Positions 1 to 12,114 of a stretch of DNA of 64,000 nt are shown one piece after another (positions within the stretch are counted from its first letter, which is position 1; each line of letters starts with the position of its first letter). The position numbers were made by a program, and so were the translations under genes. The stretch spans positions 312,001 to 376,000 of the forward strand of contig MU054117.1 in the NCBI GenBank assembly GCA_013239625.1. The letters are read 5' to 3'. Source of the stretch: Lama guanicoe (Eukaryota). The notes under the pieces were generated by a model. That model was not told the DNA's origin and searched no databases. It saw only the letters and a program-made list of their open reading frames with translations.

Positions 1-345
1 TAAATTAAAATTTCTTATAACCTCTTTATTTATGACCCCCTGTGACTTTTTCAATTAAAGCCCTTCTACCAATGCTAGTAACCTAAGTAAAAAGTGTTCT
101 ATGGTAAACCAAAAATTGTGCAGCAGCGCTACTAACGTTTTGAAAAAAACAGAAACATTCAGACGTGTAATAATGGAGATGAAACATGGAAACATGTATG
201 TTTTAAGATAAAACAGTGAAAAACCTACAAACAATTGATTACAACTATATGAAAACTATGTATATATCAATAAATATCAGAAGACAATAAAAAGTAAAAT
301 AGTTTTACTTTTTTTGCTGTGTGAGTTTCATCAAATAATAAACAT

Positions 346-383
346 TTGGAAGGCAGCTATGCTCACCACTACACCACCAACGC
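346..383 (-). pseudogene. Tailless retropseudogene: 5' half of tRNA-Gly(TCC)
   Basis: The reverse complement GCGTTGGTGGTGTAGTGGTGAGCATAGCTGCCTTCCAA matches nt 1-38 of vertebrate tRNA-Gly-TCC as recalled (one mismatch) and ends at the anticodon loop. Flanked by 17-bp direct repeats 329-345 and 384-400 (2 mismatches); no poly(A). Confidence 0.88.
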
Positions 384-760
384 CTTCAAATAACAAACAT
401 CTGGGATCACATTTTCTTTTATGAGTTTTTAAAGTCATTTTGATGTGATTTTTGTTTAAACAGTAACCTACCTTGGGGTACTTAAAATATGATTCAATAT
501 TTAAAAATAGAACACACCCATTAGTTATATGTCAGTATTTAAATTCGGTTTTTAGGACACCTTCTGTCATCCCTCCTAACTGTCAGAGTGGCTACTGGTC
601 TCCGTCATTTCTGAATTTCCTTTCTTGAGCTAGAAGAGCAGCAGATAAATCAGAACTCCCTCCATGGCTACAGTAAACACCTATGGATGAGAATAAAGTT
701 ATAGACTCCAGTAAATGTTTTAAGCTTTGTTTGGCAAATTATCTAAAGAAGGGTATATAC

Positions 761-925
761 GGGGGGAGGGTACAGGTCAGGGGTAGAGTGCGTGCTTAGC
801 ACACACAAGGTCCTGGGTCCAATCCCCAGTATGTCCTCTAAAAAATAAATAAATAAACCTTATTACCTCCTTCCCCCTGCAAAAAAATAAAAAAGAAAAA
901 CAAAAAACAAAAAAGTAAGAAAATA
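761..925 (+). mobile_element. tRNA-derived SINE (Vic-1-like)
   Basis: GGGGAGGGTACAGGTCAG...GTGCTTAGCACACACAAGGTCCTGGGTCCAATCCCCAGT followed by an AAATAAATAAACCT-TTACCTCC tail; same family as seven other copies in the window. Confidence 0.85.
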
Positions 926-1109
926 AAGAGAGGAAAATACAACTTCATAATACAAAGAATTGTGTTAAAACTCCCATCAGATAGATTAGTGTTTAAATCT
1001 AATATCCTTGAAAAAAGGTAATTCAAAGAACTGTGTTATAAATTTAAAAATAATTATATAATTTTTTTTCATTTAAAATTTTAAAAATATTTTATTACTG
1101 TATTACTTA

Positions 1110-1235
1110 TTTTGTTTTGGCGGGGTTGGGGGAGGGTAGTTAGATTTATTTTTTTAGAGGAGGCACTGGGGATTGAACCCAGGACCTCAGGTATGCTAAG
1201 CATGCACTTTACCACTTGAGCTCTACTCTCCCCCC
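1110..1235 (-). mobile_element. tRNA-derived SINE (Vic-1-like)
   Basis: Reverse-complement copy (ctggggattgaacccaggacctc...gctaagcatgcac...cactTGAGCT). Confidence 0.85.
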
Positions 1236-1531
1236 GTATATAATTCTAATCTACATCTTCTCAAGTATGGAAGCTCTAAGGACAGATGGATTTGTTTACA
1301 CATGCTTAGCACATCTCACCTGCACCAACGGTGGCCATTTAAAACATTAAGTCCTAAAGGGCACTGTGAACCCTGCTTCTGGAAGTGGGGCAGAGGGCAG
1401 CAAGGGAGGGGTGGAGTTACTCTTTAAAAGTCTAAGCAGTGTTACTCAGTCTTACAACCGTGGATACAAACTCCTTAGACACACACACTCCGGCACATGA
1501 AGTCACGACCAACACAAGCCAAAGACAATAC

Positions 1532-1652
1532 CTTGGGGTGAGGAAAGCTGCTGCTCCGGCAGCCTCTCCTGAGAGTGGAGTCCCAGGTAGCTGAGAACAA
1601 CGTACTTGGTTTCATAGTGAAATCCCAGAGGCACTGCAGCAGAGGACGCCAT
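1532..1652 (-). CDS. BCL2L13: BCL2-like 13 (Bcl-rambo), first coding exon; exon 2 spans 1532-1701 including 49 nt of 5'UTR; the gene continues left of the window
   Basis: The minus strand reads ATG GCG TCC TCT GCT GCA GTG CCT CTG GGA TTT CAC TAT GAA ACC AAG..., i.e. MASSAAVPLGFHYETKYVVLSYLGLHSQERLPEQQLSSPQ(G), matching the recalled BCL2L13 N-terminus. Acceptor ttttag precedes 1701 and donor G|gtattg follows 1532. Synteny with ATP6V1E1 agrees. Confidence 0.96.
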
Positions 1653-2891
1653 GGGGTTGGCCGGTGGAGCTCCAAAACGTCTGCTTACAGGTGTGGAAGA
1701 CCTAAAACCGAAAGTATCTTTTCAGTTTAAAGCATACTACATACAGCACATTTTCCCAGTGACTCCAATTACTCAACTAAATACAAAATAAATGTTTCTC
1801 AGAATATTCTTCTCAGCAATCTTTAAAGAACATAACTTTAATTTACTTACAAGTAGGGATTACTTACTTACTCAGATTTCCGATCAAAAGCAAATGTCCC
1901 TTCCAAGCTCTCCCTCGTCTGTTTTTCACCTTCGTGGGGAAGATACTCGCTGTGCCCCTACTCTACCTCCACCCTCCACCCTGGCGGTACGTGTTCTCTT
2001 ACTTCTGCTAATAAAGCCTCCTGAAGTCCAGCTAGCTCCATGGCAACACAGCTGCAGACGACATTTCCCCATTTCCTTTGCAGCCTAACGTGCCATGTGA
2101 TCAGTCTGAGCCAGAGGAACACGAGCAGGGGTTACATGTGCAACTTGTGGGTCTCTCCGTGAAGACTTCCCCCTTCCTCCTTCCCAGGCAGGAAGTGAAC
2201 ATGGCAGACACTTCGCTCTGACACACACACAAGGACCACTCCAGGGGACAGCCCAAGACAGAAGGAACCAGGGTCCCTAATGACCCTGAGGGGCAGAGCC
2301 GCCCTGCCAGACTGGACCGCTGCCTCTGGACTGTGATTGAAGCCACTTCACTTGAATCTCTCCACCAGGCACTCCAGCCTGTGCCCTAATCAATGCAACC
2401 ACAACTCTCGCGTCTCTACCTGGACTTAGACAGCTGTTTTACCTACCATGTAACCCTCTTTTATCTTTAAGATCTACTCTCTCGGGAACTTTCAAATGTG
2501 CAGTATAATATTATATACTTAAGTCACCAGGCGACATTACATCGCCAGGACTTAACTTACTTCATAATTGGAAGTTTATACCTTTTGACCCCCTACTACA
2601 AACCTTGATAGTTGTTTCAAGCCAAAATGTTTTATTAAGAGGTTTTAAATAACTTTTCTACTTAAAGCAACAATACAGACTGTTTTAAGATCTTAAGAAA
2701 TACCTGTAAAAGAAAAAGAGGTTCAGAGAACTAACAATAGCAAAGAGACACAGAATGTTGGCAAAATTTAAGATCTGTAATAAATTAAGAGAAATGTCCT
2801 GGAATTAAAAGCAATGAAAAACTTCATGCAGAATTTGAAATACACAAAATAAAAGGGTGACTATAAAGAAATAAAAAGAAAGATAACATGA

Positions 2892-3003
2892 GGGGGAGGG
2901 TATAGCTCAGTGGCAGAGCGTGTGCTTAGCATCACAAGGTCCTGGGTTCAATCCCCAGCACCTCCATTAAGAAATAAATAAACCAATTAACCCCCCCAAA
3001 AAA
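2892..3003 (+). mobile_element. tRNA-derived SINE (Vic-1-like) with TSD
   Basis: GGGGGAGGGTATAGCTCAGTGGCAGAGCGTGTGCTTAGCAT...GGTTCAATCCCCAGCACCTCC; flanks aaaagataacatga / aaaaggtaacatga. Confidence 0.9.
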
Positions 3004-6000
3004 AATTTTAAAAAAGGTAACATGAAAATCTGCTTTGAATGGTTAAAAACTATCTTTTTAAAAAATGCACTTATGGTTACTATTAGCATCAGTATTTATT
3101 TAGGTTATCAAAAGACATCTTGGTTCTCTACTTAAAAGTCCCTATTGTTTCACCTTCAGGGGACAATGCTACAAAACTGTATCAAAATATGCAATAAATG
3201 AAACAATGTCACAGAAAAGGTGGGGTGTGCGTGAGTCCAGCAGGGCAGGGCAGACCTGGCTGCAGTGTCCTAACTACCCTGTGCCTGTGGCCGGACCCTG
3301 GCTAAGTTTGCAGCAAAGTCTCACTCGGTTCTTACCTATTTCCCAAGTCTGATTTTACAGCCTTCCCATCCATTCTGTGAGTTACTCAATGCCCTTTCCG
3401 TAAGTTTCTTTCCTGCTCAAGTAAGCTAGAATCACTTCGTGTTATTTGTAACCAAGACATAACTGGGACTTAATTTTTCTAAAATTTCTAAGGCAGTTCC
3501 TCAACAATTATAACCCACTATGCGAGGATTACTAAACTAAATTTACAGTTTAGAAAAATATTCCAATTCTGCAAAGTCCACATCCAGACCTAGTAATTAC
3601 ATCTACAAAAATAGAAAGACAATGCCTCCTGATATTTGTGTGTTCACTCAACACACATTTCTTAAGTTACAAGGTACTCTACAGGCATTAGGTACCTGCC
3701 CTCAGGAATTTTCAACCAAGTAGAGGAAAAATATACAAAAATATATAAACAATAATAAAAAAAATTCTATGACATAAGTCAGTACCCATGAGTGGGAGAG
3801 GCAAACCAAGAGGAAACAGGCAAGTCTTTCTGGGGAAGGGGAAAAGGATGTGGAAATCAGGAAAGGCTTTATAAAGTAAAATCTAGCCCATCTTGGAACG
3901 TGTTCACTAACTGAGCCAGCTGGGCAATGGATCGGGGTCAACTTCAGATGTAAAGTACACCACAAAAGGCACAGAAGTATTCTGAAACAGCATGGAATAC
4001 TACAAAAATCGAGGAATCCGACAGGGCAAACCCCTAAGACAAAGGAAGACGGGGCTCAGCATGGCTGCAGTGGTCAGTATTTGGCACGCCTTGTGTGCTA
4101 CGGGCTGCTAGGAAGCTTGGGTTTTATCCTGTAAGCCAGGAATTATTTTAACCATGTCCATGAATGAACCCCCTAAAACTATGCAAACTGTGCACACAAG
4201 CATTTTTTCTGGAGAGAAAAATCACTCAATTCCTTTCAGTAGGTTCTCAGATTAGATCATGATGCAAAAAAAAAAAAAAAAAAAAGGCTACAACTACTGC
4301 AAAACACCATTAGGAATCACCTAAGGATTTTAAGCAAGAGAAGCACATTCAGAGATTACATTTTAGAAACATCATCCTGGAGGCAGTGTGGAAGACAGAA
4401 TGGAGACTGGAGACAAGGAAACTAACTTAGACGGACATTGGAAAAATCTAAACAAGAGATGTATGAAGGCACGTGCGAGAGCAGGAACACTGGAAAGAAG
4501 GGGTGGACTAGGAAAGTGTTAAGACTTCAAAAACGTGCTAACCAGCTCAGTGAAAGAGTAATCCAGGCAGCGGTACAGAAAGCAGCACCATTCCCATTTC
4601 TCAAATCAGATAATACAGAAAGAGCGGGCTTGGAGGAGAACACACTCGCTTTGGGGCATCCTGAATTCAAAATGCCTGCGGGCTGTCCAGGTGGACATGT
4701 CCAACCAGTAGTTAGACATACAGGTCTTGAACCCAGAGAGAGGTCTGGGGTAGAAAGCTGTAGTCTGCACAGAAACAGGTCTAGAGCGTCACCCAAGGAG
4801 AGTGGATGGATGGAGAGCAGTGACTTCCAATGGGAGAAGCGTCAAAACTTCCAGCAGGAGGGAGAAGGGATGAGTTAGTTTGAAATAGCACGTTCGTACT
4901 TGGAAAAGGAAACATCACCCATCATTCTCGGATTACAAAGTAGACAAAATACACCAACACAGCTGAGTAAACCTCCAATCTTCTATGCAGCAATGACTCT
5001 CCGTGAAGGGGGCAGAGGGAAGAACGGCGTACCCTACCTCAACTGGAATAGAAGCCACAGATTTTTATTTATCAAAAAGAGACATGGTTTAAAAAAAATG
5101 TTGAGAAATACTGGTTTAATCTGAAATCGAAACACAATTAGAATTCAAGGCAAAACTAACCTTTCAGGAGTGGCCAAAAGATGAGCAGCCGGCAGAGGAG
5201 ACCTCGAAGGTCTGCACTGGAACAGCCAGAAAGGCAGGAAGTTTGTTCACACAAGTCAGGGGAGGTGCTTCAGAAAGAAGGCAGCACAAAGGTAACAGCA
5301 CAACAAAAAGAACACCTTCATGGTGATGACGGTTTACTTGACTGGTAGGGCAGGGGCGTGACGAGCGAATGGAGAGTCAGAGAAGTGAGTTTCAGTCTGT
5401 TCTTTCAAAGAAAGCATGGTTGGAAGGGAAGAAGAGAAAGGAGGCTGGGGAGGGAGACGAAGGGTCTGAGAGTTCATTTGCTTTGGACACAATGAAAGGC
5501 ACTTACTTAAGCATGTTTACACTCAGTGGCGAAGCCAAAGAGAGATAAACAAACAGAGTAAGGAGTAGATTATTAAGTAAAGTTCCAAAAGAGGGGGGGA
5601 AAATGGAACAAATCAGTAATGAAATTTAAGCTTCAGAAAGTCTCAGGAAAAGGAAAAAAAACTTAGAAAAAGGAAAAAAAAAAGTCCCAGAATTTTTGGT
5701 AACAAAGTATTACTCATATTTTGAATAACGCTTTAAATTCTAAAAAGCTGATGTTCTAGAGTTTGTTATATTCAAATTTCTTGATTTATAAAAAATCCGT
5801 ATCTCTGAAGACATGTTTAGTCACACTCCAATCCAGATGCTACAAAGCATCATGGATCGAGTTTCCAAATTTGATTTTTAACCCAATGCTCTTCAAATTT
5901 TCTTACAAATCCCAACTGCCTAACCATAAATGCAACCTTAATCATGGATTTCATAATCTCCATCCTATTCACAGTCAAGTCCTCAGCTCTGGCAGTTCTC

Positions 6001-8499
6001 AACAATTCATGCTAATGGAGATGATCACACAAACTTCAATCATGTAAGTTTAATGCACGTCTCCAGGCTGTACATGTGTCTGCGACATTCTAGTTCTATG
6101 AACATACTGGACTCTCAGTATGAAATACCCATCCGCCTCCTCTCCCGTGGTCTGAGCTCCCAGGAGAGCAACAAAGCAGCCCCCCAGGCCTGTGTTCAGC
6201 TGACGGGACAGGCAGACCTGAGAAGTACTGCTGCATGGCTACAACATGGGAAATGTAGCCAACATTTTATAATAACTACAAATGGAGGATAACCTTTAAA
6301 AACTGTGACTCACTATACTGCACACTATAACATATGTCATACACCAACGATACGTCAATAAACAAACAAAATAAATACTCTTATGTGTCTAGTGCCTTTG
6401 CATCAAACTAAATTTTCTCAAAGGCACTGAGAACACTGCAAACGTAAACTCCACAGCACTTGTACAGGGCATTCTGGGACGAGGGCATCCAACTTCCTTT
6501 GCGGCAGGGACTACTCGGCACACTGCGCAATGGGCCCTTGCATTTCTAACAAACATAAATAAGTTACACCCATATGAGACCTCTATTTCTGAAGCGCATT
6601 TCCATGTGTGGTCACAGTCTCCTCCATACCAGAGGGTAAAGGTAGCAGTTTCAACTTTGACGGAGAAACAAGAGACAATTCATCTAAATGAAACCATACA
6701 GCCAGTTAACAGTGCAGCCACTTGGTTTAATACGTCCTTTTCCGTTCTGAACTCCTGGCCCTGAACTGCATTCATTCATTAATTCATTCGACACATATTT
6801 ACTGCAAGCCAGGCAATGTGCAGGGTGAGAGGAATGCAGAGGTGAAAATACCAGAGAAATGGTAGTTTTCCAAGCATCAGACCCACACCACTGAAAGAAA
6901 CAAACTTGTCAACTCTGAGAGCGCGGCAGGGGAAGAAAAGGAAAAGACAGGTTAACAGAAACGAAAATGTGATCTGAGACCACTCCTAGTGCTTTCCTGG
7001 AAGCAGGGGACCGAGCTCAGGTCCACCCCACCACCGCCTCACCAACACAGAGGACATTTCACACCTAAGACAGCTCGAGCTTCTGGTTAATGATGAGAAG
7101 GACATAGCTACTTTTACTCTTTAAATTTTACGTAGTAGAACCTTTCAGAATTCAAATTAGGTATTAAGTGTTCTTGGTATCAAGAAGTGATTGTACACAA
7201 AACCAATTTTAAACGCAGAAACTACTACTTTTTTGCACAGTTCTAACAAGCTGCTGAGTATAGCTGTTACCCAGCTGTTTCTTCTCTGCCTTATACCTTT
7301 AGCTTGTTCCCCTCTCAAATTACGAGCAGCTGTCAGCCAGATGGACAGCCTGAGGAAGCTTAGGGTTACTTAATCCTGTGTTTATGCGTACATATGGTGG
7401 CATCTCCAAAACATCCATGATCCTTCAGTAACAAATGTAATATCCACTTTTATAAGGAGCGGTTTGCTTTTTTAAAAAAGCAGATTTCTATTCTAAGTAG
7501 CAGTGCAAATGCCAGGATGCAAGCATAAATAGTACTGCAGGAACTAAGCACATTTTATGAACTGCAACCAGAAAGTATGCAGCAACTATCAAATTCTACT
7601 TAAAATTCTTATGAAAAGTAAATCTGCAGGCATGAGTTTTTGTAGTTGTTTCCCAAAATTGTCTGATCATAATCACCACGGATGCTGTTAAAACAGAAAC
7701 TTTTAACACCCACTCAGAAACACTTAGGATAGCATACCTATATAGTATTCTTTAGCTCCATAAAACCATAACAGAAACATATTACAGTTTAACATGCTGT
7801 AATCAAATTACTTCAGGAAGCTGTGTTTTTAAGACTATTTCCTTCCACTAAAATAAAACTGTAATGTAGTAAGATGGTTAAATATTCTAGCAATGTGGAG
7901 TTGAGTAGATCTGTAAGTCCAGTTTACAAAAAGTGAAAATCCACAGATAATTCAGTCACAAATGAAAAATCTGGAGTTTTAAACATTACCAAAGATTTTG
8001 ATTCCCAGAGTCCAGTCTCCAAACCCCCTGACAGTTTAAGAAGTTTTTTTTTAATTCCACAAATTAACATGAAGTCCAATAACTTTATTTTTTCAATCCA
8101 TACTTTATTAGCTCTTACAGAATTCTAGGACTTTTGCCAGAAGAACAGAAGCTACATAACCCTAATAAAAATTGTGAAATTGCAAAATATTCACCAGGTC
8201 TACCTGAGAAATGAAACTGAGCAAGGTGTCATTTTACAACTCAGCAGACACTAAGTATTTTACTGTACACTACCCCTTTAAAACTGAAACACGCCTAATT
8301 GAAAACGCCAGTTCAATCTTGTGTTAAAAGCTGTCCAAAAACATTTCCACTCAGCAGCTGGCACTCCCAGATAATGTCCTTACAGAGGACTGCCTCACTC
8401 TCACTTCCCACAAACATAGTCTGACTTTCACTGTAAGTTAATCAGTTTTCTCATATGTATGTAGCTTTCATAAAAGAGAGACATAAAAGTCAGTTACTC

Positions 8500-8960
8500 T
8501 GCTCCACTCCTAAGTATATGCCAGAGAGAAATGAAAACACCGTCCACACAAAAATATGCACGTGAATGGTCACAGCAGCATCACAGGTTAACAGCTGAAC
8601 AGTGGAAGTAACTGCCCAACAACCGATGAACTTAAAAATGTGTCCTACCCATACAATGCAATGTTATGTGGCCATAGAGAGAAATGAAGTGTCAATGCCT
8701 GCTACAACATGGATGTAGAAGAGCCAGCCACAAAACACTGCACGTGGAAAACCCTGTTTATGTGAAATACTTAGAACTGGCAGATCTATAGAGACAGGAA
8801 ATAAAACAGTGGCTGCTTAGGTAGGGGAGAGTGGGAATAAAGAATGACGGCTAGTGAGTACCAGGTTTCTTCTGGGGATAACAAAAATTATGGTGACAGT
8901 TGCACACTCTGACTGTACATGTTAACCTGTTAATAATAGCTCGATAAAGCTGTTAAAATA
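8500..8960 (+). mobile_element. Old L1 (L1M-type) 3' fragment
   Basis: ccactcctaagtatatgccagagagaaatgaaaac...ccatacaatg...gctacaacatggatg motifs typical of L1 3' ends. Confidence 0.7.
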
Positions 8961-10245
8961 CCAGCTACTCTGAAAACAGCCCCTTCCTTCAACTCTGTAA
9001 TATATATTAAGAACTCATGCTGACCATCTATTTGGAATAAGATATGTATCAAAATTATGTTTGAAAAGCAGGGGAAAAAGCAGGATGGTGATACTGTGAT
9101 TGCTTAAGACTTCTGTTTTGTTTGTCTAAAATATTTCATAGACGAAATATATTCTTCAAACAGTAATTGTTACTGCTGCAAATCACTTAAAATCTTAGCG
9201 TGTAAAGTATGTAGAAAACAGTGACTGATGTAGCAACACACAACTTTCCTCTACAAAACCAGGTGGACTCAACCTTACGTACCCTTCAAGTGAATTCAAC
9301 TACTGAGGTATAGTCCTCCATAAGAAAATGAATCATTTGGGGGGAAAAAAAGGCAAAACTTGAGAATGTACCTGACCAACCAGAGAGGCTATTTCATAAT
9401 GGTTGAAATATTTTCAATCTACAGTGTACGTTTACTTACCCAACAATGTATGTGAGGTCTAAACCGCTCACTACCTACACAAACGTTTGCTTGATTTTCT
9501 AGGGGATTAAAAAAGAAGGTACTAGAAGGGTGTGGCAACTCATCCAAGGTCACACAACAAGTCAGGGCAGAGATCACCGCTCTGGTTGCACCCAACCTCC
9601 CGGCGAAACCATACAGCTTCGCAGAAAAGACTCGCTCGTTCCGCTCCACAGCATGCAGGAAAGCAGGCAGCGGGGGAGCCCTGGCAGCTGGCTGTAGCAC
9701 TCGCACGTGGAGACGGTGGGCCGGCTCCGGGGAAACACGCCGCGCGGGGACCGGTTACAGCCGGGCCGAGCCCGGCGCCGCGGGCCAGAAGCGGCCGGGT
9801 TCCACCGGGGCTAAAGCCTCGACTCGAAGTCCGGGACTTCCTTCACAGTCAGTCACGAAGGAAGGAAACTTGGGGTCTCCTTGGGATGGTGGGGATTAAA
9901 ACGCACAGAAGGAAACGGCCGAGTGTGAGCCGTATGCCTCCGAGGGTGGGAAGGCGGCCTTCTGTGGAAAAACAAGTAAATGAAACGACAGCAGGAACGA
10001 CGACAGCGGCGTCGCACCGGCGGGAGGACAGGGCCAGGAACGGCCAGGGGGGCAGCGGCCGGCCGCAGCCCAGCGCCGTGCCCTCTCCCGCGGCGCGCCC
10101 TGAGCCCGGACCCGGTCTGCGGCGCAGCGGGGATGCCGAGGCCAAGCCACCGCCTCAAGACGGCCTCGCGCCCTCAGCCTCGGGACGCCCCGGGCGGAGC
10201 TGGGAGAGGACCGGCGGGGCCTGCCCGCAACCCCGCTCCCCTCAC

Positions 10246-10420
10246 CTGGCCCTGGCCCCAGCCCCAGAGGAGGTGAAAGACGCGGTGGCGGCGGCGGCTA
10301 CTCCCAACAGGATCCCCAGGCGGCGGCGGCGGCGGCGGCGGCTGCTCCGACCCGCGGCCCTAATCTACCGCCGCCGCCATGTTGGCGGGTGAGGTCACGC
10401 GACGTGCTTCCGTCACCGCC
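10246..10420 (-). other. BCL2L13: BCL2L13 non-coding exon 1 (5' boundary approximate)
   Basis: Lies in the CpG island, has a strong donor CAG|gtgagg after 10246, and contains a (GGC)8 tract and a YY1-like AACATGGCGGC. The TSS cannot be fixed from sequence alone. Confidence 0.75.
10319..10342. repeat. (GGC)8 trinucleotide repeat in the BCL2L13 5'UTR
   Basis: Eight perfect GGC units read directly. Confidence 0.95.
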
Positions 10421-11219
10421 GGCGTCAGGACGGGCGGGGCGCCGGGCGCGCTGTAAAAGAGCTGATCCGATCTCCCGAGCGGAAGCCCGGACGACGGAGG
10501 CTTGGAAGTCTCTCGGCGCAGGCGTGACCCGGAAGAGCGTCCCTCCTGGTCCGCTCTCTTCTCGGGGAGCGGCTCTATGGTTCCGGGCGGCGGCGACCGT
10601 GGACCGCAGGGAAGGAGGCGGACTCGGAAGGGCTCGCCGTGTGGGTGCCGAGTGGGCCGACACCCGCGGGAGCAGGTGCAGCCGCTGCTGAAGTGTGTTC
10701 AGGCGAGCCGGCTGGCGGGCGTGGAGTCTCGGGAGCGGCGGCGCCGAGGGAGCTGGGCCCCGGGGGTGGGAGCGGGTGGGGCGCCTCTGCGCCGCCGCTT
10801 GGGCCCCGCGCCCCCCCGCACCAGGCGCCGCCCCTGCCGCGGAATGTGAGAAGCTGGGGTGTCGCGGCCAAGTCCAGGGGAGCCGGCTGTCCACGCGCGC
10901 GACACGGCGGCGGCGAGAGGGAGAGGGAGCAGGACGGAGAGGGAAACAAAGCAGCCTGAGGAAGAAGCGGTGGAAACGCGAACTGCTGTGTGGGGGTGGG
11001 GGTGGCTTTGGGCCTGAGTGAGAAAACCGGCGCTGCGGCTAAGAGTGAAACCGGACCTAAGAAAGCGATCAGTTCCCTAGTCGTACCTAGTAGCCAGGCC
11101 ATTTAAATTTCCCCCATTGCCCACGTAATGGCTTATATAGTTTTTTTTTTTAAGCCGGGATCATACATTGCATTTGTTTGTTACATCTTTTATCACACGT
11201 TGACTTTTTGCAGTAAGGT

Positions 11220-11570
11220 CATACAATGGAAATTACTCAGCAATAAAACAAAAATGAACCATTGGTATATGTAACAAGATTAATCTCAAAAGCATCGTGT
11301 TGACTGAAAGAAGCCAGGCACAAAAATGTACATTCTGTGTGATTCCGTTTATATGAATTTCACCAACAGGCAAAATTAATCCATGGTTATGAAAATCAGC
11401 ACTGTTGCCCAGGAATATAACTTTTGCCAGGGACTGTGGGAATCACTAGAAAAGAACTTACTTTCTAGGGTGGTGGAAATAGTCTGTATATTGTGGTGAT
11501 CACACAGGTATCAGAAATCATCTAGTTGTACTCTGTAGGACTATGCAGTTTATTGTATGTGAATTTCAAG
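11220..11570 (+). mobile_element. Old L1 (L1M-type) 3' fragment
   Basis: catacaatggaaattactcagcaataaaa...gaaagaagccaggcacaaaa...tgattccgtttatatgaa motifs. Confidence 0.65.
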
Positions 11571-11814
11571 AACAGTCACGTGAAATAATTCTGTGTAATT
11601 AGGTTACCAGTTTGGTACATGGTTAGACAAATTTCAGATTGATTTCAGTTTCAAGGTTTGCTTTTTTCCCTTTATTAATTTTTTGAAGGTGTACCACAAC
11701 GATCAGTGAACAGAACAGAAAGTCCAAAATGGTCAATTGATTTCCAACAGAGACATTGAATGGAGGAGAAAGCGGTGGTCTCTTCAGCAAGTGGTGTAAA
11801 ATAACATAGTCCTT

Positions 11815-11900
11815 GGGAGTGGGGTTATAGCCCAGTTGGTGGAGTGCATGCTGAGCATGCACTGGGTACTTGGTTCAATTCCCAGTACCTCCATCTGAAA
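11815..11900 (+). mobile_element. tRNA-derived SINE (Vic-1-like) with TSD
   Basis: Same head with GGTTCAATTCCCAGTACCTCC; flanks ataacatagtcctt / ataatatagtcctt. Confidence 0.85.
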
Positions 11901-12114
11901 AAGAAAGAAATCAAGATAATATAGTCCTTTTACAGAAATTATTTAACTTTAATCACAAGCAGTTCATGGTTTTGGAGGGTTTGGGTTTTCTTTTTTTTTC
12001 CCAACACATCTTACGAGTGACAGAGTCCTAGCCTGCAGCCTGATGTTATAAATTCTAAACTCTAGATTCCACTCGTTTTCATTCTCATTCATCAGTTATT
12101 TATTGAATGCCTGC

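Larger units (their letters stand above)
9700..10990. promoter_or_regulatory. CpG island / BCL2L13 promoter
   Basis: CpG-dense, GC-rich block inside AT-rich flanks, with GC boxes, ETS-type CGGAAG sites and a CLEAR-like GTCACGCGAC at 10394-10403. Confidence 0.85.

Noticed and set aside
2892..2970. tRNA-like sequence as a functional tRNA gene (also the other SINE heads)
   Set aside because: Multi-copy, diverged, with SINE tails and TSDs; these are SINE heads, not tRNA genes.
9532..10392. 286-aa plus-strand ORF and overlapping ORFs across the BCL2L13 CpG island
   Set aside because: Non-ATG start, Arg/Pro/Gly/Ala-rich with no recognisable domain; expected from stop-codon scarcity in a CpG island.
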